Source of the DNA: Terracidiphilus sp.
GTDB lineage: Bacteria > Acidobacteriota > Terriglobia > Terriglobales > Acidobacteriaceae
Assembly: GCA_050014515.1 (NCBI GenBank)
Contig: JBEKDE010000005.1
Location: forward strand, 41,779 to 105,778
Direction of reading: 5' to 3'
DNA: 64,000 bases
Under the pieces are notes generated by a model that was not told the origin of the DNA, ran no database searches, and saw only the letters and a program-made list of their open reading frames with translations. The translations under genes and the position numbers were made by a program. How positions within the stretch are numbered: position 1 is the stretch's first letter; every line of letters begins with the position of its first letter. Shown one piece after another: positions 1 through 9,012 of this stretch.

Positions 1-1
1 C

Positions 2-697
2 ATCGATCCTGCGCCAGTGGTCGATCTGGTTGAACGGACGGAGACGCTGGAAGTTGAGCTGGCCGCCACGCTGCTTTACTCGGCGGCCCATCATCCTTAT
101 CGGCAGATTCGCGACCTGGTGGCTACACTTCCCGAGGCTCGCATCAACGAGATTATTGAGCTGGGTCTGCGCCACCGCGGCCGCCATGACGAGGCGCTGC
201 GGGCTTTTCACGCCGGAGCGGCATTGCGATTTGACATATTGATGGACATTGGCGGCTTCCGCGACATGCACCGACATCGCCGAGTCACGCAGATTATTCA
301 GGGATTCACCGGAATGCACGGCTACGAAACGCCCACCAACGGGGATCTTGCTCCGGGCGTCGACTTGCTCGCCGAGGCAGGCATCCTGGGCGACTACCGG
401 GCTGCCATCGAATCCGCATATGCCGCCAGCGCAAAGATCGCGTCGAGCGGCGCTCCCGAGGCCACGCATTCCGCACTGTATCTTCTTCCGCTGGCCACGC
501 GTATTCGCAGTCTCTTCAAGATGGACTTCGCCGAGGCTCAGTACATCTCAGAGCTCCGCTCCGGACCTGCCGGGCATTTCAGCTATCGCCGCATTGCCTG
601 GGAGATGTTCCTGGCGGTCGAGAGACAGCACCCCTCGCTTGCCAAACACATCCGCGTGACCGACTTTACCGAGCCGATTGATTTGCTCAAGCGCTAG
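2..697 (+). CDS. thyX: FAD-dependent thymidylate synthase (ThyX family), C-terminal part; 5' end lies outside the window
   Basis: Frame is open from base 2. It contains RFDILMDIGGFRDMHRHR and ELRSGPAGHFSYRRIA, typical of the long acidobacterial ThyX C-terminal domain. Confidence 0.75.
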   Translation: MDPAPVVDLVERTETLEVELAATLLYSAAHHPYRQIRDLVATLPEARINEIIELGLRHRGRHDEALRAFHAGAALRFDILMDIGGFRDMHRHRRVTQIIQGFTGMHGYETPTNGDLAPGVDLLAEAGILGDYRAAIESAYAASAKIASSGAPEATHSALYLLPLATRIRSLFKMDFAEAQYISELRSGPAGHFSYRRIAWEMFLAVERQHPSLAKHIRVTDFTEPIDLLKR

Positions 698-767
698 CAT
701 ATAAGACGTCTGAAGTTAGTGGCTTCCGACGCCTGCGTTACCATAGACACTACCATCGGAGCTCCGC

Positions 768-1064
768 ATGTTCGTCGTCGTCTGGCAGTTCGAGATTGCC
801 GAAGAGAAGATCGCCACCTTTGAGGCAGCCTACGGGCCCGAGGGCGCGTGGGCCCAGCTCTTCCGCTCCTCACCCGATTATCAGGGAACCGAGTTGCTGC
901 GCGACGCCTACATCCCCGGGGCCTACCTCACTATCGACCGCTGGGCGAGCGAAGAGGCTTTTCGTGCCTTCCGGAAAGACCACGACGCGGAGTATGAGTC
1001 GCTCGACCGTTCCTGCGACTCGCTCACGAGCCGCGAAACGCGGATCGGCGCCTACTTTGTCTAG
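768..1064 (+). CDS. Antibiotic biosynthesis monooxygenase (ABM/Dabb) family protein
   Basis: 98 aa with FVVVWQFEI...YLTIDRWASEEAFRAF, the ABM beta-alpha-beta pattern. Confidence 0.7.
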   Translation: MFVVVWQFEIAEEKIATFEAAYGPEGAWAQLFRSSPDYQGTELLRDAYIPGAYLTIDRWASEEAFRAFRKDHDAEYESLDRSCDSLTSRETRIGAYFV

Positions 1065-1092
1065 AAGGCGCAATTTTCCCTTACTCTCTCGG

Positions 1093-1545
1093 TTAGGTCA
1101 GGACTAGAACGTTCTGGCTGAACTTCGCGCCCGCCATAAATCGGATGGCCTTGTCAAAGGTGACCAGCACGCCGTTCTGCTTGATCGCAAGCCCTAAGAG
1201 ACAGGCATCCGTCACCTGTTGATGGCCAAAAATGCGCGGGGCAAACGGAGCGGTAAGTGTTACCCAGCTTTCACTGATCTCCCAATAGCCGAAGAGCGGA
1301 TGCGCAAAGCGAGGATGGGCTTTCAACGCCTGCAGGATAGCGATTGCCTGTTCCATTGTGTGCGGATTTGGACGATAGCTGGGATTGGTGGTGACACGTA
1401 GAAATCCCGCTTCCGTTAAAGGGCAGAGGCCAAGGTGATCATCGCCGGAAGAGATAAACCAGTCTTGAGCCTTTTGATAGCTCTGGTGGCCGGAATCAAG
1501 CAGCGCAATCAGGACGTTCAGATCAAGCAAAAGCTTGCGGGTCAT
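1093..1545 (-). CDS. vapC: PIN-domain toxin (VapC family)
   Basis: LLDLNVLIAL, TEAGFLR, QVTDACLL and LVTFD supply the PIN acidic residues. ATG at 1545 overlaps the antitoxin end. Confidence 0.85.
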   Translation of the reverse strand: MTRKLLLDLNVLIALLDSGHQSYQKAQDWFISSGDDHLGLCPLTEAGFLRVTTNPSYRPNPHTMEQAIAILQALKAHPRFAHPLFGYWEISESWVTLTAPFAPRIFGHQQVTDACLLGLAIKQNGVLVTFDKAIRFMAGAKFSQNVLVLT

Positions 1546-1765
1546 ACTCTTCTGCCTCAATCTGCTTGATCAACTCTGCAGTGACGGTTCCGCCGCCCGG
1601 AGGGAACATAGGCAAGCCGCTCGGCGAAAACTGTATCTCCTCCGGGACAGACTGCGCCTTGCGGATCAGTTCATCGATTGCGGCACTGAGCGTGAGTCCG
1701 CGGGCATGCGCGTAATAGCTGGCAAGCATATGCGTGTCGTCGTTCAATGTTATGGTGGTTCTCAT
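1523..1765 (-). CDS. vapB: Antitoxin (VapB-like, ribbon-helix-helix)
   Basis: 80 aa starting MRTTITLNDD (RHH beta strand). It lies directly upstream of, and overlaps, the PIN toxin. Confidence 0.75.
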   Translation of the reverse strand: MRTTITLNDDTHMLASYYAHARGLTLSAAIDELIRKAQSVPEEIQFSPSGLPMFPPGGGTVTAELIKQIEAEEYDPQAFA

Positions 1766-1776
1766 TCACCCATTTT

Positions 1777-1840
1777 ACATCAATTTGAAAAAATGATGCA
1801 TCTAATACGCCAATGATGCAGGTTTGTTATATTTGATGCA
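1777..1840. promoter_or_regulatory. Phased TGATGCA repeats, candidate vapBC operator
   Basis: TGATGCA at 1794, 1814 and 1834 (exact 20-bp period), plus an inverted near-copy TACATCA at 1776-1782, just upstream of vapB. Confidence 0.5.
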
Positions 1841-1920
1841 GAAGACGCAAAACTTGGCCGGTCTATCCCACACCTGTAATGCCCATCACTCAACTTTCTC
1901 CATTTCTTCGCTATTTTCCT

Positions 1921-1950
1921 GTGTCAATGTCTGTCTCACCCTGCTACAAT
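1921..1950 (+). promoter_or_regulatory. Candidate sigma70 promoter of recA (extended -10)
   Basis: GTGTCA (1921-1926), 18 nt, then TACAAT (1945-1950) preceded by TG at 1942-1943. Confidence 0.5.
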
Positions 1951-2039
1951 CCCATCGAAACCTATTCAGCTCGCCGCGTATTTCCTGCTAAGAAACTGGG
2001 AAAACCCGCATTTTGTGAGCAATTCAAGGAGCCCTCCCA

Positions 2040-3116
2040 ATGGCCATCGCCGACGACCGCGCCAAAGCCGTAGAACAAGCCCTCGCACAGATCGAAAAAC
2101 AGTTTGGCAAAGGCTCCATCGTGCGCCTTGGATCCAAGGAGGCCCTTCTCCCCATTGCCGTGATCTCGACCGGGTCCATCAGCTTTGACGCGGCGCTTGG
2201 CGTGGGTGGCATTCCACGCGGCCGCGTCACGGAGATTTTTGGTCCTGAGTCCTCCGGCAAGACCACGATTACCTTGCAGGTGATTGCAGAGGCGCAACGG
2301 TTGGGCGGTTTGGCGGCCTTTGTTGATGCCGAGCATGCCCTGGACCCAGGCTATGCCAAGAAGCTAGGCGTCGATGTGGACAACCTGCTGGTTTCTCAAC
2401 CGGATAGCGGTGAGCAGGCCCTCGAAATCACGGAGGCACTCATCCGTTCCGGCGCAGTCGATGTGCTGGTAGTCGACTCGGTGGCGGCTCTCGTCCCCAA
2501 GGCTGAACTGGACGGTGAGATGGGCGACTCCCACATGGGCTTGCAGGCCCGTCTCATGTCGCAGGCCCTGCGCAAGCTGACTGGCACCATCTCCAAGTCG
2601 CGTACCGCGCTCATCTTCATTAACCAGATCCGTGAAAAGATCGGGGTCATGTTCGGTAACCCGGAGACCACCACCGGAGGCCGTGCTTTGAAGTTCTACT
2701 CCTCGGTCCGCGTGGACATTCGGCGCATTGCGGCCATCAAGGAGGGCGATGCGGTTACCGGCAACCGCACCAAGGTCAAGATTGTGAAGAACAAAGTCGC
2801 CGCGCCCTTCCGCGAAGCTGAATTCGACATTCTGTATGGAGAGGGCATTAGCAGGGAAGGCGACGTGCTGGATCTAGCCGTGGCCAACAATATCGTTGAA
2901 AAGTCGGGTGCCTGGTATAGCTATGCCGGCGAGCGGATTGGCCAGGGACGCGAAAACACCCGCAGTTTCCTTAAGGAAAACAAGGATATCTTCGCGAAGA
3001 TGGACGCGGAACTGCGCAAGAAGCTGAATATCGGAGCAGTCAAGGCCGATATTCCCGAGGTTCCGGCCGCTGGGCCTACGGAAGCCAAAGAAGCTGTGCG
3101 GCCGCGGCGGGGATGA
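2040..3116 (+). CDS. recA: Recombinase RecA
   Basis: Walker [59 protein letters not shown]. Confidence 0.99.
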   Translation: MAIADDRAKAVEQALAQIEKQFGKGSIVRLGSKEALLPIAVISTGSISFDAALGVGGIPRGRVTEIFGPESSGKTTITLQVIAEAQRLGGLAAFVDAEHALDPGYAKKLGVDVDNLLVSQPDSGEQALEITEALIRSGAVDVLVVDSVAALVPKAELDGEMGDSHMGLQARLMSQALRKLTGTISKSRTALIFINQIREKIGVMFGNPETTTGGRALKFYSSVRVDIRRIAAIKEGDAVTGNRTKVKIVKNKVAAPFREAEFDILYGEGISREGDVLDLAVANNIVEKSGAWYSYAGERIGQGRENTRSFLKENKDIFAKMDAELRKKLNIGAVKADIPEVPAAGPTEAKEAVRPRRG

Positions 3117-3169
3117 GCTGAATTATGCGCCGCTCTCCGGGGATCGAGTCACCGCCGGGACGCGGGCTC

Positions 3170-5218
3170 TCATCTACGCTTAGCGGAGTTTTGCGGCTTG
3201 CCAGATGGCGTGTTTCTCCCGTCTTTCTGTACCGACGGTACCGAACCTTTTGGATCTATGTTTGGCAGCGTCGGGTTTTCCGCGGAGAAATGCGAACTTG
3301 CCCATCGGGCTAATTGAGCCCGAAGGTGTTTCCTCTCGAAAAGAAATAGACACGTGATCAGAAGCAACGCTACGCCGCTCACCGAGCGGCCTGCCACCAC
3401 GTCGCCGGTCGTACTCCAATCGACCAGAACCTGCACGTTGCCATGCGGGACGGGGACGGCCATCAAGCCACGTTCCCGCTCGGCTATCGCCCTCACCGGA
3501 ACGCCATTCACCTTGACGCTCCATGCCGGGTAGTATCGCAGCCGCAGGATGAGGTATCCGGCGTGAGCAGCAACGCCCTTGAACCATTTCTCTTCCGGTG
3601 TGTCCCTGGAAGTTCCATGGGCTGACAAAAGGCCAATCAGGGATAATTCTCTCCAACCTGCACTGTCGCAGCTGGCGGGGTCACCGCGCCATGCGGGCAC
3701 GAAGGCGACTCCTTCAGGAACTGAAGCACCTGGAAGATTGTTTAGCAGACAGGCGTCAGGCACAATTTGCATGTTGGGATGCGTGAAGGGGGACTGGCGA
3801 GGGTTTCCAAAGCTGTCAAGCATTGGGTTCCCTTCGGAATCGACGAGCAGACTCACCACTGGAAATCGGATACCGGGAGGTGCGTACTCGGGTTTTCCAA
3901 GCACGCCGATGTGCTCCCTTGCCGCGTCCACGAACGCGGTCACCGCTGATCCGCATTCGACGAACCACCACCGCGGCGCTGCCAGGCTGATTGCCACGAA
4001 AACAGCCGCACAAGCGGCAATCACGATCTGGCGCAGGGCTTTTCGGTCGAACCAGACGGCAGCGGCGAAAGAGATAGCCATCGGTGATTCAAGCACCACG
4101 AGCCAGCGCCAGGGAAACTGCAGCAGCCGCAACTCCGGCAATCCATTCCAGAAGGGCTGCGAAATCGGGAAGAGCAGAAACAGAACTGCAGGCGGTATGA
4201 GAGCCATGGGGAGCCACCATTTACGCTCCCCAGGCACGACTCGGCGAATACCGGCAATCGCGCCCCCGACGAAAGCGATCGCGAGCATGGCGACAGCGAC
4301 AATTGAGGCCAGATGAAGCGAGGCGTCGTGTGTCACCATGAGGGGATCGGCATGACGGGCAAAGAGCCAGCTGTTTTCCACTGCATAATTCAAGGGGTTC
4401 ACGACATTCTGGATGCTGGCCCAGTTTTTCTCCCAGATCGCGGGAATCAGATAAATTGATGCCAACCCCATTCCCCCGAGTGTGCTTGCTGTGGCACGCG
4501 CCACTGGCACCATCGATTTCTCAATGAGAACGGAGGCCAAGGCGAGAGCAGCCAGCAAGTAGCCGGCCATGATGCCCAGCGGGACGTTGCTCAGCCAAAT
4601 TCCCGCAATGATGAAGGCAAGCGGCGCCGCCGAGCCGTCGAACGTTCGCTCCCAGAAAGTGCCTGAAGGATTTCGCCTTCGCAGGGCAAAGAGGAGGAGC
4701 AGGGGTATCCAGAACCCGCCCGTCATCTCGGCGAAATCATTGCGTGTGTAGACGCTGAACAACACGTAGCCGAAGAAGATTGCAGCGCAGCCCGCTAAAG
4801 TTGCCGGGCCATCTTTCATGACCTCCATGGCGAGTTTGCGATTGGCCAAACCGGTTGCGGTCAGCAATAGAATAAATGCCGCGATGGGAACAAAGCTCCA
4901 CGGCAGGAGAGCGCCCAAAATAGCTCCGCCCATCCAACTGATGGGGGGGTAAAACACAAATTTAGGTTCGCCCGCTTCGAAGTTTGGACTATTGGCCCAA
5001 TGCGGGTAAAGGATACCCATCGACATGCTGTGCTCGGCGTCAATCCAGGAAATAAAGTGGAAGCCGAAGTCGCCATTGCAGGAGGGACCGTGCACGAGGA
5101 GCGGGCTTACCGCGATCACTGCGGCCAACAAAATAATGGCCGGCCCCGCGAAACGACGCATACGAGGCGAAGGGCTGATCGCAGTCTTTGATCCCTTGTC
5201 CCGGCGCGGTCTGCTCAA
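3170..5218 (-). CDS. Multi-TM membrane protein, PTPS-related/YfhO-like GT-C-type glycosyltransferase
   Basis: Many TM segments, DFGFH...W, LYPHW, PKFVFYPP, LQFPWRW and C-terminal YYPAWSVKVNG. Start may be ATG 5161. Confidence 0.65.
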   Translation of the reverse strand: MSRPRRDKGSKTAISPSPRMRRFAGPAIILLAAVIAVSPLLVHGPSCNGDFGFHFISWIDAEHSMSMGILYPHWANSPNFEAGEPKFVFYPPISWMGGAILGALLPWSFVPIAAFILLLTATGLANRKLAMEVMKDGPATLAGCAAIFFGYVLFSVYTRNDFAEMTGGFWIPLLLLFALRRRNPSGTFWERTFDGSAAPLAFIIAGIWLSNVPLGIMAGYLLAALALASVLIEKSMVPVARATASTLGGMGLASIYLIPAIWEKNWASIQNVVNPLNYAVENSWLFARHADPLMVTHDASLHLASIVAVAMLAIAFVGGAIAGIRRVVPGERKWWLPMALIPPAVLFLLFPISQPFWNGLPELRLLQFPWRWLVVLESPMAISFAAAVWFDRKALRQIVIAACAAVFVAISLAAPRWWFVECGSAVTAFVDAAREHIGVLGKPEYAPPGIRFPVVSLLVDSEGNPMLDSFGNPRQSPFTHPNMQIVPDACLLNNLPGASVPEGVAFVPAWRGDPASCDSAGWRELSLIGLLSAHGTSRDTPEEKWFKGVAAHAGYLILRLRYYPAWSVKVNGVPVRAIAERERGLMAVPVPHGNVQVLVDWSTTGDVVAGRSVSGVALLLITCLFLFERKHLRAQLARWASSHFSAENPTLPNIDPKGSVPSVQKDGRNTPSGKPQNSAKRR

Positions 5219-5542
5219 GATTGGTCCTCCATCGGAAGCGATGTCAGCATCGCGAAGTCATCATGTCAAATGCGCGCGTGCATTCTCTATGGGCCGGACT
5301 ATTCCCGTCAGTCGAAGTTTGTTTATAGGGCTGGTTCTAGAATATCGCGCTCGGGAAGATAGACGGACGCGAGCGGTCCTTGAATCGGCTGGGGGCGCCG
5401 AGATTTGTGCGACGGCTGGCACACAATACCTGTCGGAAGAAATCAGGGAGATGGAGATTGAGTCGATTTGGTGTAAGCACGCGCGAGCGGGGTTGCTTCT
5501 CACCCTAACCCCAAGAACAGATGCATGGCGAGATTGGGGCAT

Positions 5543-5660
5543 CAGAGCAAATCCTGAGAAGGTGTGTCCTCTGGGGCGTTGAGCAAGGTTGCCTTTCCCT
5601 GATGGTCGCGTCAACTTCAGTATTGTGGTTTCGGGTTACAGCATCTCAGGATTTGCTGTA
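5543..5660 (+). mobile_element. 118-bp MITE-like element, copy 1
   Basis: TIRs AGAGCAAATCCTGAGA (5544-5559) and TCTCAGGATTTGCTGT (5644-5659). About 95% identical to the inverted copy at 63412-63529. Confidence 0.75.
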
Positions 5661-5767
5661 GCCACCTGGGGTGGGGCAGACGCTTGCTATCCCGTCGCAA
5701 GGGGTTCGTGCTTCCCATGCCCCAGAAGCGACGCCCTTGGCCTTGCTCAGGGCAGGCCCGGGGGTAG
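5658..5767. repeat. Composite REP-like cluster (GTAG-CCTGCGG-type plus GGGGCACCC-type with GCTCAGGGCAGG insert)
   Basis: gtagccacctgggggtggggcagacgcttgct resembles copies at 21074, 31571, 61084 and 62391. The 5715-5765 palindrome resembles 62445-62503. Confidence 0.55.
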
Positions 5768-5820
5768 CTATTCATACTGCGACAGCCAAGGCGAGCAACC
5801 CGCCTGCTCTGACCGACGAG

Positions 5821-6570
5821 TTACTGCTTCTGTGGTGCTGGCGCATTCCGCGGGACGCTGCTTTCCGGCGGAGGGGTCATGGCGTTCACTGTTGTTGCCA
5901 GAAAGCTTCCGTCCCTCACGGCGCCTTCCACCCGGACCGCGTCGCCTACCTGGATATCACCCAGCGTGATTGGCTCGCGGTGCTTGCGGAAGGTGGTGTT
6001 CTCGTCGGCGACAAAGGTGCGCGGGGCGTTGTCGTTTACGCCCTGGATGGTCACCTTCACACCGTCGATTGCGGTCACTTTGCCTGCCAGCCAGGTCTTG
6101 CCGTAGTTGGCCTGCATCTCGCGCATCTGTTTGGCGCGTTCCGGGTCAATCTGGATTACGGTGACGGCTCCGACGGACTTGGCCGCGGCATCTATCTCGC
6201 CCATGGCAGCGATCGCGTCACCGACCTTAATGTCTGTTGGCTTGATGGGGGTCGGAGGAGTGCGCTCTGCGCCTTCACCACTACCGCCGCGCTGGCCTGC
6301 GCCGGCCGCCTGCTTGAGGATGCGCGTGTTCACGCTGTAATGGATGATGTAGGTCTCGCCGTTTTCGGTCTTGATGGTGTAATGGTCGGCAGCGACTTCA
6401 GTGACCGTTCCCATGGTGCCTCGTCCGCCCATCATGCCACCAAATCCTCCGCGGCGCCCCTGGCCAGATTGCTGTTGTCCTGTGGGAGGCGCGCTGCCAG
6501 GATCCTGTGCGGCTAGAACTGCTGTCAGGGCAAGAGAGGAGAGAAGGACGGATAGCAAACGGGCTTTCAT
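5821..6570 (-). CDS. Exported protein with two DUF5666-like (OB-fold-like) repeats
   Basis: Signal peptide MKARLLSVLLSSLALTAVLA. Two repeats GTVTEV...IKVGDAI and GKVTAID...IQVGDAV. Confidence 0.65.
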   Translation of the reverse strand: MKARLLSVLLSSLALTAVLAAQDPGSAPPTGQQQSGQGRRGGFGGMMGGRGTMGTVTEVAADHYTIKTENGETYIIHYSVNTRILKQAAGAGQRGGSGEGAERTPPTPIKPTDIKVGDAIAAMGEIDAAAKSVGAVTVIQIDPERAKQMREMQANYGKTWLAGKVTAIDGVKVTIQGVNDNAPRTFVADENTTFRKHREPITLGDIQVGDAVRVEGAVRDGSFLATTVNAMTPPPESSVPRNAPAPQKQ

Positions 6571-6668
6571 GGCAGACTCCACGGGCGCAACGCGGCAAAA
6601 CCGGGCCCGCTGGTGCAGGCCCATGGAGATAGACGTTTGAAAGTTCCTGGAAGACTACGGAGGTGCTG

Positions 6669-7487
6669 CTACTGGGCGTGCTGGGCGGCGAGAAGCTGCT
6701 CGAAGGCCGGCATGCCGCGCAGAATGGCGAAGTCGTGGTCGGCCACAATCTTCTCCGGGCTGGTAAACCCCTCGTTGAGCGCCATACGCAGATACTCTAT
6801 TGCGCACTCGTTCTGGCCCACGCGCGCGCAACCCCGTGCCATGTAGTAGTTGAGCGCGCCCCGCTCCTGCGCGGAGGCGGGATTTTCGACCTTGGGATTG
6901 GCATTGCTCTCAAAGATATTCGGATCGAGTGCCAATGCTGCCTGGTACAGTTCCCATCCCTTTCGGTACTTCCGCTCGGTGAGCAGGGTGGTGCCAAGAT
7001 TCTTGTGAATCAGCGCAGACTTGGGATCGTACTTGAGCGCCTTGCGGTAAAGGCGCTCGGCCGCGCCGTAGTCCTTCTGCGAGTCAAAGACCGTGCCAAG
7101 GTTGTTGAGCACATGGGCATTCCTGGGATTGAGCTTGAGGGACATCTGGTAGCAGCGGGCCGCATCTTCCAGGTTGAACATCATCTGGTAGGCGATGCCC
7201 ATTTTGTTCCACACATCTGCCGAGTTTCTCGGAGCCTTTTTGTAGGCCTCAATGGCCGCCTGGTAACGCTGGTGCGCAATCATCGAGTCGCCAATGTCTT
7301 CAGCGGTGGGCTGGAAATGCGCCTGGACGGTGGCTGCCTGGGCAATCGGGCTGGGCGGCACGGTTTGCGGAGGGGCCTGGAAAGAGGATGCCGCGGACGC
7401 GGCAAAGCCCTGGGTTGTGATGGTGAGCGCTGCGAGGGCTACAAAAACGGCCGGCACCGAGAGGCGTCGTGAGTTGAAGCTGCTCAT
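6669..7487 (-). CDS. Exported TPR protein
   Basis: RBS GGAGGG before ATG 7487, signal peptide, TPR motifs (VWNKMGIAYQ, VLNNLGTVF, IHKNLGT). The ORF-track extension to 7832 is the antisense of egtB. Confidence 0.85.
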   Translation of the reverse strand: MSSFNSRRLSVPAVFVALAALTITTQGFAASAASSFQAPPQTVPPSPIAQAATVQAHFQPTAEDIGDSMIAHQRYQAAIEAYKKAPRNSADVWNKMGIAYQMMFNLEDAARCYQMSLKLNPRNAHVLNNLGTVFDSQKDYGAAERLYRKALKYDPKSALIHKNLGTTLLTERKYRKGWELYQAALALDPNIFESNANPKVENPASAQERGALNYYMARGCARVGQNECAIEYLRMALNEGFTSPEKIVADHDFAILRGMPAFEQLLAAQHAQ

Positions 7488-7651
7488 ATTCCCTCCTGCT
7501 GAAGGAATTGGTTGCACACTATCATGCACCTTTTCGACGTCATTTGCACCAAATGGTTGACGCGCCTTTTCGGCGTCAGACGAGGTATACCGGTCCAGGA
7601 GCAGGAAAAAGCCCGCTTCAAGGTACACTTTTCGCAGCGCGGAGGCCGAAA

Positions 7652-8959
7652 ATGAGCACGATTTCCCAATCACCGACCACCCGATGTATCGACGTTGACC
7701 GGATCGCCGGCAGGTTCCGGGCGACGCGGCGGCGCACGCTGTCTCTCTGTGAACCGCTGACTCCCGAGGACATGATGGTGCAGTCGACACCCGAGGCCTC
7801 ACCGGTGAAGTGGCATCTGGCCCACACCGCATGGTTCTTTGAGTCGTTCATTCTAAGAGAGTTTCTTCCCGGCTATCGTGTGTTCAATGCGGATTTTCAA
7901 TGGCTATTTAACAGCTATTACGAGACCCTTGCGAAGTTTCCCGAAAAGAGGCTGCGGTCGTCGTTTTCGCGGCCGGGTTTGGACGAGGTCCTACGCTACC
8001 GCGAGCATGTGGATGAGGGGATTGATCGGCTGCTGGCGGGGAGTCCTGAGACCGAGGCTCTGAAGCTTATTGAACTGGGCGTGAATCACGAGGAGCAGCA
8101 CCAGGAATTATTGCTGACGGACATTTTGCACGCGTTCTTTACCAATCCGCTGCGGCCGGTTTATCTGAGCGAAGAGACTTCGCCGGCTCCGCGGTCTCAA
8201 AATCAAAGTCACGGGCACCCACAAGGAATGGGGTTGAAGGAGTTTTCCGGGGGCCTGCAGGACATTGGATACGGTGGGGAGGGATTCTGCTTTGACAATG
8301 AGGCGCCGCGCCATCGGGTATGGGTTGAGCCTTACTCGCTGGCTACGCGGCTGGTGACCTGCGGGGAGTATGCAGCGTTCATGGAAGACGGCGGGTACCG
8401 GCATCCCGAGTTCTGGTTGTCGGCGGGGTGGGCGATGGTGAAGGCTAGCGGCTGGCGGGCGCCGCTTTACTGGACAAGCGAGAGCGGAGACTGGAGCTTG
8501 TTCACGCTGCGCGGAGAACAGCCGCTGAAGCGAATGGAGCATGCGCCAGTAACCCACATCAGCTATTTTGAAGCCGATGCGTATGCGCGATGGGCGGGAC
8601 GGCGGCTGGCTACCGAGTTTGAGTGGGAGACAGCGGCGGAGGGATTGGCGGTTGAAGGGAACCTGCTGGAATCGGGACGGTTGATGCCAGTGGCGGCGAC
8701 GGAAGGGGTCAAGAAGCAGAGCGGGACGCAGTTCTTTGGGGATTGCTGGGAGTGGACGGCGAGCGCGTACCTTGGCTATCCGGGCTACCGGCCCGCAGCG
8801 GGCTCTCTGGGTGAGTACAACGGCAAGTTCATGAGCGGGCAGATGGTGCTCAAGGGCGGGTCGTGCGTGACGCCGGCGGCGCATATTCGGGCGAGCTACC
8901 GGAACTTTTTTGCGCCGGAGACGCGGTGGCAGTTTTCCGGCATCCGGCTCGCTTCTTAA
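7652..8959 (+). CDS. egtB: Ergothioneine sulfoxide synthase EgtB
   Basis: DinB-like domain with WHLAHT and HEEQHQE iron ligands, FNSYY, and an FGE-sulfatase domain ending GEYNGKFM...RASYRNF...QFSGIRLA. Adjacent to egtD. Confidence 0.93.
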   Translation: MSTISQSPTTRCIDVDRIAGRFRATRRRTLSLCEPLTPEDMMVQSTPEASPVKWHLAHTAWFFESFILREFLPGYRVFNADFQWLFNSYYETLAKFPEKRLRSSFSRPGLDEVLRYREHVDEGIDRLLAGSPETEALKLIELGVNHEEQHQELLLTDILHAFFTNPLRPVYLSEETSPAPRSQNQSHGHPQGMGLKEFSGGLQDIGYGGEGFCFDNEAPRHRVWVEPYSLATRLVTCGEYAAFMEDGGYRHPEFWLSAGWAMVKASGWRAPLYWTSESGDWSLFTLRGEQPLKRMEHAPVTHISYFEADAYARWAGRRLATEFEWETAAEGLAVEGNLLESGRLMPVAATEGVKKQSGTQFFGDCWEWTASAYLGYPGYRPAAGSLGEYNGKFMSGQMVLKGGSCVTPAAHIRASYRNFFAPETRWQFSGIRLAS

Positions 8960-9012
8960 ATGCGACGAATATCAAGTAACGTTTGCAGAACCAGCGGCAT
9001 CCAAGGCAAAGA

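Noticed and set aside
5261-5614. Shared peptide MTRPSG(K/R)GNLAQRP in ORFs here and at 63458
   Set aside because: Similarity is limited to the 118-bp element and is a by-product of the DNA repeat.
7652-8959. Selenoneine synthase (SenA) call
   Set aside because: No senB or selD/senC neighbours; the egtD pairing fits ergothioneine.
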